From Cylindrospermopsis raciborskii Cr2010 (GTDB lineage Bacteria; Cyanobacteriota; Cyanobacteriia; Cyanobacteriales; Nostocaceae), in contig NZ_CP065936.1 in assembly GCF_003367075.2 (NCBI RefSeq), positions 3,060,001 through 3,092,000 of the forward strand: a stretch of 32,000 nt of DNA. Direction: 5' to 3'. A program made the position numbers and the translations under genes. Positions 9,716 through 17,672 of the stretch are shown here, one piece after another (position 1 is the stretch's first letter; the number at the start of each line of letters is the position of its first letter). The notes beneath the pieces were generated by a model. The model had not been told where the DNA came from. It did no database searches and saw only the letters and a list, made by a program, of their open reading frames with translations.

Positions 9716-11284
9716 ATGATGAGCCAAGAAGTAGACGTAAAAAACTTGCCGTTAGGGATAAATACGCTAGACAAAATGCGTGGTAGTAACTGTGTCTATG
9801 TGGACAAAACGAGTTTCGCATTAAGATTAATTAAACAACCTGGAGCGTTCTTTCTGTCACGACCAAGACGCTTTGGCAAAAGTCTATTTGTGGATACCCT
9901 GAAGGAGATATTCGAGGGGAATGAAAAATTGTTTGAGGGGCTCTATATTCATGACAAATGGGACTGGAGTCGTAAATTCCCAGTAATTAAGATTGATTTT
10001 GCTGGTGGTGTGCTCAGAAACCGGGAGGAGCTGGACAAAAAAATTAATGGTATGCTGTTGAAAACCACAAAGTCCTTGAGGATTAACTGCGAACTGGACG
10101 ATATTCAAGGACGTTTTGGAGAAATCATCGCTGGTGCAAGGGAGCAGTTTGGTGAAAGGGTGGTGGTGCTGGTAGATGAATACGACAAACCAATTCTCGA
10201 TAATATAGATAAACCAAATATCGCCGCTGAAATGCGAGAGGGACTGAAAAACTTTTACTCAGTGTTGAAGAGTCAAGATGCCAACCTCCAGTTCGTGTTT
10301 ATGACTGGAGTCACTAAGTTTTCCAAGGTCAGCCTATTTAGTGGGATTAATCAACTCAAGGACATCACTATTAGCGAAGCTTACTCATCCATCTGTGGTT
10401 ATACTGAAACCGACCTGCGAGAGTCCTTCGGTGACCACCTTGAGGGAGTAGATTTTGACCAAGTGCGCAATTGGTACAATGGTTATAATTGGACAGGTTC
10501 AGAGACTGTTTATAACCCCTACGATATCCTCCTCTTCATTAGTGAAGGTATGAGATTTCGCAACTACTGGTTTGAGACGGGTAGTCCCACATTCCTAGTC
10601 AAGTTGTTTCAAACCAATCGCTATTTCCTTCCCAACCTGGAACATTTGGAGGTTACAGAGGAGATATTGGAATCCTTTGAAGTAGAAAAGATTAATCCAG
10701 TTACCTTGTTGTTTCAATCAGGGTATTTGACTATTGAACGAACCTTTACCCGTCGCCAACGCTACATGTTTGCACTGAAAATTCCCAACTTGGAAGTTCG
10801 TCTGGCATTGAATGACCAGTTTATTAACGCCTATACGGAAAATGTGAACGAAAAGAGTGGGATTCAAGACTCTCTATACGAGTTTATGAATAGAGGGGAT
10901 GTGGAATCAATGATTATGGCAATTAAGAGATTGTTTGCGGGTATTCCCTGGCGGAATTTCACTAATAATGACCTAGCGGATTTTGAAGGATATTATGCCT
11001 CTGTGATTTACGCCTTCTTGAGTTCCTTAGATGCTAGAGTTATCCCGGAGGACATTAGCAACTATGGTCAAGCGGATATAACCACCATGCTTGGAGCCCA
11101 TATCTATGTGATGGAAATCAAGGTGGTAGAGGGGAATCAAGTCCAGGGAAATCCAGCACTTGACCAAATCCTCCAGCGAAACTATGCTGAAAAATACCGT
11201 GGGGAACCGGGAAAATCTGTCCATGAGATTGGTTTGATATTTAGTCGCAGCCAACAAAATCTTATACAAGCGGACTGGCAATAA
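9716..11284 (+). CDS. Array copy 5 (A-Y-Q): AAA-ATPase_like + PD-(D/E)XK (PDDEXK_9) protein
   Basis: After the N-terminal cassette the protein is identical to copy 4. The DNA at 9905-11284 is identical to 8278-9657. Start at ATG 9716/9719 rather than the track's TTG 9671. Confidence 0.85.
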   Translation: MMSQEVDVKNLPLGINTLDKMRGSNCVYVDKTSFALRLIKQPGAFFLSRPRRFGKSLFVDTLKEIFEGNEKLFEGLYIHDKWDWSRKFPVIKIDFAGGVLRNREELDKKINGMLLKTTKSLRINCELDDIQGRFGEIIAGAREQFGERVVVLVDEYDKPILDNIDKPNIAAEMREGLKNFYSVLKSQDANLQFVFMTGVTKFSKVSLFSGINQLKDITISEAYSSICGYTETDLRESFGDHLEGVDFDQVRNWYNGYNWTGSETVYNPYDILLFISEGMRFRNYWFETGSPTFLVKLFQTNRYFLPNLEHLEVTEEILESFEVEKINPVTLLFQSGYLTIERTFTRRQRYMFALKIPNLEVRLALNDQFINAYTENVNEKSGIQDSLYEFMNRGDVESMIMAIKRLFAGIPWRNFTNNDLADFEGYYASVIYAFLSSLDARVIPEDISNYGQADITTMLGAHIYVMEIKVVEGNQVQGNPALDQILQRNYAEKYRGEPGKSVHEIGLIFSRSQQNLIQADWQ

Positions 11285-11342
11285 GTCTGGTTAAGAATTG
11301 ACCTGCTCTAATAAGAGCCTAATATATTGGATTAATCACTAC

Positions 11343-12911
11343 ATGATGAGCCAAGAAGTAGACGTAAAAAACTTGCCGTTAGGGATAAATACGCTAGACA
11401 AAATGCGTGGTAGTAACTGTGTCTATGTGGACAAAACGAGTTTCGCATTAAGATTAATTAAACAACCTGGAGCGTTCTTTCTGTCACGACCAAGACGCTT
11501 TGGCAAAAGTCTATTTGTGGATACCCTGAAGGAGATATTCGAGGGGAATGAAAAATTGTTTGAGGGGCTCTATATTCATGACAAATGGGAATGGAGTCGT
11601 AAATTCCCAGTAATTAAGATTGATTTTGCTGGTGGTGTGCTCAGAAACCGGGAAGAGTTGGATGAAAAGATTCGGGATCTCCTTTGGAATAACGGCGATC
11701 GCCTGGGGGTTGGCTCGAAAAAGAAGAGTATCAGCGGGATTTTTGGAGAAATCATCGCTGGTGCAAGGGAGCAGTTTGGTGAAAGGGTAGTGGTGCTGGT
11801 AGATGAATACGACAAACCGATTCTCGATAATATAGATAACCCAAATATCGCCGCTGAAATGCGAGAGGGACTGAAAAACTTTTACTCAGTGTTGAAGAGT
11901 CAAGATGCCAACCTCCAGTTCGTGTTTATGACTGGAGTCACTAAGTTTTCTAAGGTCAGCCTATTTAGTGGGATTAATCAACTAACGGACATCACTATTA
12001 GCGAAGCTTACTCATCCATCTGTGGTTATACTGAAACCGACCTGCGAGAGTCCTTCGGTGACCACCTTGAGGGAGTAGATTGGGATGCACTGCGCCATTG
12101 GTACAATGGTTATAATTGGACAGGCTCAGAGACTGTTTATAACCCCTACGATATCCTCCTCTTCATTAACGAAGGCATGAGATTTCGTAACTACTGGTTT
12201 GAAACGGGTAGTCCCAGCTTTCTACTCAAACTGTTCCAGAAGGAGCGGTATTTCCTACCTAATTTGGAGGGAATCCAGGTAACGGAGGAAATACTTGATT
12301 CCTTTGATGTGGAGCAGATTAACCCAGTGACCCTCCTGTTTCAGTCTGGTTATCTGACCATTAAGGACATATTTACAGATATCAACCAAATAGTGTTTTG
12401 TTTGGGTATACCCAATATGGAGGTGAAGATTGCTCTCAACAACCAGTTTATCAACGCCTATACCAAATTAGTAAACGAAAAGTTAGGTGTACAAAGACTG
12501 ATACATACCCAACTGAGTTCTGGAGATGTAGAAGGCTTAGTCAGCACCATCAAGCGATTATTTGCCTCCATTCCTTGGCGGAATTTCACTAATAACGACC
12601 TAGCGGATTTTGAAGGATATTATGCTTCTGTGATTTACGCCTTCCTCAGTTCCTTGGATGCTCGAGTTATCCCAGAAGATATCACTAATCATGGTCAGTC
12701 GGACTTAACTGTTATGGTGGGGGGACACATTTATGTGATGGAAATCAAGGTGGTAGAGGGGAATCAAGTCCAGGGAAATCCAGCACTTGACCAAATCCTC
12801 CAGCGAAACTATGCTGAAAAATACCGTGGGGAACCGGGAAAATCTGTCCATGAGATTGGTTTGATATTTAGTCGCAGCCAACAAAATCTTATACAAGCGG
12901 ACTGGCACTAA
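11343..12911 (+). CDS. Array copy 6 (A-Z-P): AAA-ATPase_like + PD-(D/E)XK (PDDEXK_9) protein
   Basis: The spacer and N-terminus are identical to copy 5. Z mid cassette (ELDEKIRDLLWNNGDRLGVGSKKKSISGI), which contains a HIP1 site at 11695-11702. P C-half with the QGNPA tail variant. Start at ATG 11343/11346 rather than TTG 11298. Confidence 0.85.
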   Translation: MMSQEVDVKNLPLGINTLDKMRGSNCVYVDKTSFALRLIKQPGAFFLSRPRRFGKSLFVDTLKEIFEGNEKLFEGLYIHDKWEWSRKFPVIKIDFAGGVLRNREELDEKIRDLLWNNGDRLGVGSKKKSISGIFGEIIAGAREQFGERVVVLVDEYDKPILDNIDNPNIAAEMREGLKNFYSVLKSQDANLQFVFMTGVTKFSKVSLFSGINQLTDITISEAYSSICGYTETDLRESFGDHLEGVDWDALRHWYNGYNWTGSETVYNPYDILLFINEGMRFRNYWFETGSPSFLLKLFQKERYFLPNLEGIQVTEEILDSFDVEQINPVTLLFQSGYLTIKDIFTDINQIVFCLGIPNMEVKIALNNQFINAYTKLVNEKLGVQRLIHTQLSSGDVEGLVSTIKRLFASIPWRNFTNNDLADFEGYYASVIYAFLSSLDARVIPEDITNHGQSDLTVMVGGHIYVMEIKVVEGNQVQGNPALDQILQRNYAEKYRGEPGKSVHEIGLIFSRSQQNLIQADWH

Positions 12912-12938
12912 ATCTTGACTTTGCAATAATGGGGTGTT

Positions 12939-14492
12939 ATGAATTTACAAAATTTGCCCTTGGGGATCAATACCCTGAGTGTGTTGCGTGAAAACAATTG
13001 TGTCTATGTAGATAAAACAAAGTTGGCTTACCATCTTATCAGGATTGCAGGAAGATTCTTTTTGTCACGACCAAGACGCTTTGGCAAAAGTCTATTTGTG
13101 GATACCCTGAAGGAGATATTCGAGGGGAATGAAAAATTGTTTGAGGGACTCTATATTCATGACAAATGGGACTGGAGTTGTAAATTCCCAGTCATTAAGA
13201 TTGATTTTGCTGGTGGTGTTCTCAGAAACCGGGAGGAGCTGGACAAAAAAATTAATGGTATGCTGTTGAAAACCACAAAGTCCTTGAGGATTAACTGCGA
13301 ACTGGACGATATTCAAGGACGTTTTGGAGAAATCATCGCTGGTGCAAGGGAGCAGTTTGGTGAAAGGGTAGTGGTGCTGGTAGATGAATACGACAAACCG
13401 ATTCTCGATAATATAGATAACCCAAATATCGCCGCTGAAATGCGAGAGGGACTGAAAAACTTTTACTCAGTGTTGAAGAGTCAAGATGCCAACCTCCAGT
13501 TCGTGTTTATGACTGGAGTCACTAAGTTTTCTAAGGTCAGCCTATTTAGTGGGATTAATCAACTAACGGACATCACTATTAGCGAAGCTTACTCATCCAT
13601 CTGTGGTTATACTGAAACCGACCTGCGAGAGTCCTTCGGTGACCACCTTGAGGGAGTAGATTGGGATGCACTGCGCCATTGGTACAATGGTTATAATTGG
13701 ACAGGCTCAGAGACTGTTTATAACCCCTACGATATCCTCCTCTTCATTAACGAAGGCATGAGATTTCGTAACTACTGGTTTGAAACGGGTAGTCCCAGCT
13801 TTCTACTCAAACTGTTCCAGAAGGAGCGGTATTTCCTACCTAATTTGGAGGGAATCCAGGTAACGGAGGAAATACTTGATTCCTTTGATGTGGAGCAGAT
13901 TAACCCAGTGACCCTCCTGTTTCAGTCTGGTTATCTGACCATTAAGGACATATTTACAGATATCAACCAAATAGTGTTTTGTTTGGGTATACCCAATATG
14001 GAGGTGAAGATTGCTCTCAACAACCAGTTTATCAACGCCTATACCAAATTAGTAAACGAAAAGTTAGGTGTACAAAGACTGATACATACCCAACTGAGTT
14101 CTGGAGATGTAGAAGGCTTAGTCAGCACCATCAAGCGATTATTTGCCTCCATTCCTTGGCGGAATTTCACTAATAACGACCTAGCGGATTTTGAAGGATA
14201 TTATGCTTCTGTGATTTACGCCTTCCTCAGTTCCTTGGATGCTCGAGTTATCCCAGAAGATATCACTAATCATGGTCAGTCGGACTTAACTGTTATGGTG
14301 GGGGGACACATTTATGTGATGGAAATCAAGGTGGTAGAGGGGAATCAAGTCCGGGATAATGCAGCACTTGACCAAATCCTCCAGCGAAACTATGCTGAAA
14401 AGTACCGTGGGGAACCGAGAAAATCTGTCCATGAAATTGGTTTGATATTTAGTCGCAGCCAACGGAACCTTATACAAGCGGACTGGCACTGA
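12939..14492 (+). CDS. Array copy 7 (B-Y-P): AAA-ATPase_like + PD-(D/E)XK (PDDEXK_9) protein
   Basis: 517-aa ORF. B N-terminus, Y mid cassette as in copies 4 and 5, P C-half as in copy 6. Private change WSCKF. Preceded by the short 27-nt spacer variant. Confidence 0.87.
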   Translation: MNLQNLPLGINTLSVLRENNCVYVDKTKLAYHLIRIAGRFFLSRPRRFGKSLFVDTLKEIFEGNEKLFEGLYIHDKWDWSCKFPVIKIDFAGGVLRNREELDKKINGMLLKTTKSLRINCELDDIQGRFGEIIAGAREQFGERVVVLVDEYDKPILDNIDNPNIAAEMREGLKNFYSVLKSQDANLQFVFMTGVTKFSKVSLFSGINQLTDITISEAYSSICGYTETDLRESFGDHLEGVDWDALRHWYNGYNWTGSETVYNPYDILLFINEGMRFRNYWFETGSPSFLLKLFQKERYFLPNLEGIQVTEEILDSFDVEQINPVTLLFQSGYLTIKDIFTDINQIVFCLGIPNMEVKIALNNQFINAYTKLVNEKLGVQRLIHTQLSSGDVEGLVSTIKRLFASIPWRNFTNNDLADFEGYYASVIYAFLSSLDARVIPEDITNHGQSDLTVMVGGHIYVMEIKVVEGNQVRDNAALDQILQRNYAEKYRGEPRKSVHEIGLIFSRSQRNLIQADWH

Positions 14493-14528
14493 ATCTTGAC
14501 TTTGCAATAATTGCAATAATGGGGTGTT

Positions 14529-16082
14529 ATGAATTTACAAAATTTGCCCTTGGGGATCAATACCCTGAGCGTGTTGCGTGAAAACAATTGTGTCTATGTA
14601 GATAAAACAAAGTTGGCTTACCATCTTATCAGGATTGCAGGAAGATTCTTTTTGTCGCGACCAAGACGCTTTGGTAAAAGTCTATTTGTGGATACCCTGA
14701 AAGAGATATTCGAGGGGAATGAAAAATTGTTTGAGGGGCTCTATATTCATGACAAATGGGAATGGAGTCGTAAGTTTCCCGTAATTAAGATTGATTTTGC
14801 TGGTGGTGTGATCAGAAACCGGGAAGAGTTGGATGAAAAGATTCGGGATCTCCTTTGGAATAATGGCGATCGCCTGGGGGTTGGCTCGAAAAAGAAGAGT
14901 ATCAGCGGGATTTTTGGAGAAATCATCGCTGGTGCAAGGGAGCAGTTTGGTGAAAGGATAGTGGTGCTGGTAGATGAATACGACAAACCGATTCTCGATA
15001 ATATAGACAATCCAAATATCGCCGCTGAAATGCGAGAGGGACTGAAAAACCTTTACTCAGTGTTGAAGAGTCAAGATGCCAACCTCCAGTTCGTGTTTAT
15101 GACTGGAGTCACTAAGTTTTCTAAGGTCAGCCTATTTAGTGGGATTAATCAACTAACGGACATCACTATTAGCGAAGCTTACTCATCCATCTGTGGTTAT
15201 ACTGAAACCGACCTGCGAGAGTCCTTCGGTGACCACCTTGAGGGAGTAGATTGGGATGCACTGCGCCATTGGTACAATGGTTATAATTGGACAGGCTCAG
15301 AGACTGTTTATAACCCCTACGATATCCTCCTCTTCATTAACGAAGGCATGAGATTTCGTAACTACTGGTTTGAAACGGGTAGTCCCAGCTTTCTACTCAA
15401 ACTGTTCCAGAAGGAGCGGTATTTCCTACCTAATTTGGAGGGAATCCAGGTAACGGAGGAAATACTTGATTCCTTTGATGTGGAGCAGATTAACCCAGTG
15501 ACCCTCCTGTTTCAGTCTGGTTATCTGACCATTAAGGACATATTTACAGATATCAACCAAATAGTGTTTTGTTTGGGTATACCCAATATGGAGGTGAAGA
15601 TTGCTCTCAACAACCAGTTTATCAACGCCTATACCAAATTAGTAAACGAAAAGTTAGGTGTACAAAGACTGATACATACCCAACTGAGTTCTGGAGATGT
15701 AGAAGGCTTAGTCAGCACCATCAAGCGATTATTTGCCTCCATTCCTTGGCGGAATTTCACTAATAACGACCTAGCGGATTTTGAAGGATATTATGCTTCT
15801 GTGATTTACGCCTTCCTCAGTTCCTTGGATGCTCGAGTTATCCCAGAAGATATCACTAATCATGGTCAGTCGGACTTAACTGTTATGGTGGGGGGACACA
15901 TTTATGTGATGGAAATCAAGGTGGTAGAGGGGAATCAAGTCCGGGATAATGCAGCACTTGACCAAATCCTCCAGCGAAACTATGCTGAAAAGTACCGTGG
16001 GGAACCGAGAAAATCTGTCCATGAAATTGGTTTGATATTTAGTCGCAGCCAACGGAACCTTATACAAGCGGACTGGCACTGA
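14529..16082 (+). CDS. Array copy 8 (B-Z-P): AAA-ATPase_like + PD-(D/E)XK (PDDEXK_9) protein
   Basis: 517-aa ORF. The C-terminal two thirds are base-identical to copy 7. The N-terminal two fifths are base-identical to copy 9. Confidence 0.87.
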   Translation: MNLQNLPLGINTLSVLRENNCVYVDKTKLAYHLIRIAGRFFLSRPRRFGKSLFVDTLKEIFEGNEKLFEGLYIHDKWEWSRKFPVIKIDFAGGVIRNREELDEKIRDLLWNNGDRLGVGSKKKSISGIFGEIIAGAREQFGERIVVLVDEYDKPILDNIDNPNIAAEMREGLKNLYSVLKSQDANLQFVFMTGVTKFSKVSLFSGINQLTDITISEAYSSICGYTETDLRESFGDHLEGVDWDALRHWYNGYNWTGSETVYNPYDILLFINEGMRFRNYWFETGSPSFLLKLFQKERYFLPNLEGIQVTEEILDSFDVEQINPVTLLFQSGYLTIKDIFTDINQIVFCLGIPNMEVKIALNNQFINAYTKLVNEKLGVQRLIHTQLSSGDVEGLVSTIKRLFASIPWRNFTNNDLADFEGYYASVIYAFLSSLDARVIPEDITNHGQSDLTVMVGGHIYVMEIKVVEGNQVRDNAALDQILQRNYAEKYRGEPRKSVHEIGLIFSRSQRNLIQADWH

Positions 16083-16118
16083 ATCTTGACTTTGCAATAA
16101 TTGCAATAATGGGGTGTT

Positions 16119-17672
16119 ATGAATTTACAAAATTTGCCCTTGGGGATCAATACCCTGAGCGTGTTGCGTGAAAACAATTGTGTCTATGTAGATAAAACAA
16201 AGTTGGCTTACCATCTTATCAGGATTGCAGGAAGATTCTTTTTGTCGCGACCAAGACGCTTTGGTAAAAGTCTATTTGTGGATACCCTGAAAGAGATATT
16301 CGAGGGGAATGAAAAATTGTTTGAGGGGCTCTATATTCATGACAAATGGGAATGGAGTCGTAAGTTTCCCGTAATTAAGATTGATTTTGCTGGTGGTGTG
16401 ATCAGAAACCGGGAAGAGTTGGATGAAAAGATTCGGGATCTCCTTTGGAATAATGGCGATCGCCTGGGGGTTGGCTCGAAAAAGAAGAGTATCAGCGGGA
16501 TTTTTGGAGAAATCATCGCTGGTGCAAGGGAGCAGTTTGGTGAAAGGATAGTGGTGCTGGTAGATGAATACGACAAACCGATTCTCGATAATATAGACAA
16601 TCCAAATATCGCCGCTGAAATGCGAGAGGGACTGAAAAACCTTTACTCAGTGTTGAAGAGTCAAGATGCCAACCTCCAGTTCGTGTTTATGACTGGAGTC
16701 ACTAAGTTTTCTAAGGTCAGCCTATTTAGTGGGATTAATCAACTCAAGGACATCACTATTAGCGAAGCTTACTCATCCATCTGTGGTTATACTGAAACCG
16801 ACCTGCGAGAGTCCTTCGGTGACCACCTTGAGGGAGTAGATTGGGATGCACTGCGCCATTGGTACAATGGTTATAATTGGACAGGTTCAGAGACTGTTTA
16901 TAACCCCTACGATATCCTCCTCTTCATTAGTGAAGGTATGAGATTTCGCAACTACTGGTTTGAGACGGGTAGTCCCACATTCCTAGTCAAGTTGTTTCAA
17001 ACCAATCGCTATTTCCTTCCCAACCTGGAACATTTGGAGGTTACAGAGGAGATATTGGAATCCTTTGAAGTAGAAAAGATTAATCCAGTTACCTTGTTGT
17101 TTCAATCAGGGTATTTGACTATTGAACGAACCTTTACCCGTCGCCAACGCTACATGTTTGCACTGAAAATTCCCAACTTGGAAGTTCGTCTGGCATTGAA
17201 TGACCAGTTTATTAACGCCTATACGGAAAATGTGAACGAAAAGAGTGGGATTCAAGACTCTCTATACGAGTTTATGAATAGAGGGGATGTGGAATCAATG
17301 ATTATGGCAATTAAGAGATTGTTTGCGGGTATTCCCTGGCGGAATTTCACTAATAATGACCTAGCGGATTTTGAAGGATATTATGCCTCTGTGATTTACG
17401 CCTTCTTGAGTTCCTTAGATGCTAGAGTTATCCCGGAGGACATTAGCAACTATGGTCAAGCGGATATAACCACCATGCTTGGAGCCCATATCTATGTGAT
17501 GGAAATCAAGGTGGTAGAGGGGAATCAAGTCCAGGGAAATCCAGCACTTGACCAAATCCTCCAGCGAAACTATGCTGAAAAATACCGTGGGGAACCGGGA
17601 AAATCTGTCCATGAGATTGGTTTGATATTTAGTCGCAGCCAACGGAACCTTATACAAGCGGACTGGCAATAA
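16119..17672 (+). CDS. Array copy 9 (B-Z-Q): AAA-ATPase_like + PD-(D/E)XK (PDDEXK_9) protein, patchwork of copy-8-like and copy-4/5-like segments
   Basis: 517-aa ORF. Positions 16119-16744 are identical to copy 8. The Q cassette from about 16866 matches copy 4 at an offset of 8015 bp. The WDALRH patch resembles copies 6-8. The tail mixes QGNPA (as copies 4-6), RN (as copies 7-8) and WQ-TAA-gtctggtta (as copies 4-5). Confidence 0.87.
   Translation: MNLQNLPLGINTLSVLRENNCVYVDKTKLAYHLIRIAGRFFLSRPRRFGKSLFVDTLKEIFEGNEKLFEGLYIHDKWEWSRKFPVIKIDFAGGVIRNREELDEKIRDLLWNNGDRLGVGSKKKSISGIFGEIIAGAREQFGERIVVLVDEYDKPILDNIDNPNIAAEMREGLKNLYSVLKSQDANLQFVFMTGVTKFSKVSLFSGINQLKDITISEAYSSICGYTETDLRESFGDHLEGVDWDALRHWYNGYNWTGSETVYNPYDILLFISEGMRFRNYWFETGSPTFLVKLFQTNRYFLPNLEHLEVTEEILESFEVEKINPVTLLFQSGYLTIERTFTRRQRYMFALKIPNLEVRLALNDQFINAYTENVNEKSGIQDSLYEFMNRGDVESMIMAIKRLFAGIPWRNFTNNDLADFEGYYASVIYAFLSSLDARVIPEDISNYGQADITTMLGAHIYVMEIKVVEGNQVQGNPALDQILQRNYAEKYRGEPGKSVHEIGLIFSRSQRNLIQADWQ

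Noticed and set aside
4337-17669. Recurrent short ORFs inside the array. These include the +frame 64-66-aa ORFs (for example 4337-4531, 5648-5848, 5964-6158) and the antisense 65-87-aa ORFs (for example 6271-6501, 6375-6572, 8257-8481, 9400-9654, 11576-11815, 14747-15010).
   Set aside because: They lie entirely within, or antisense to, the well-supported long ORFs, and their composition is low-complexity or unusual. They recur only because the underlying DNA is repeated. Repetition is not independent evidence of coding.
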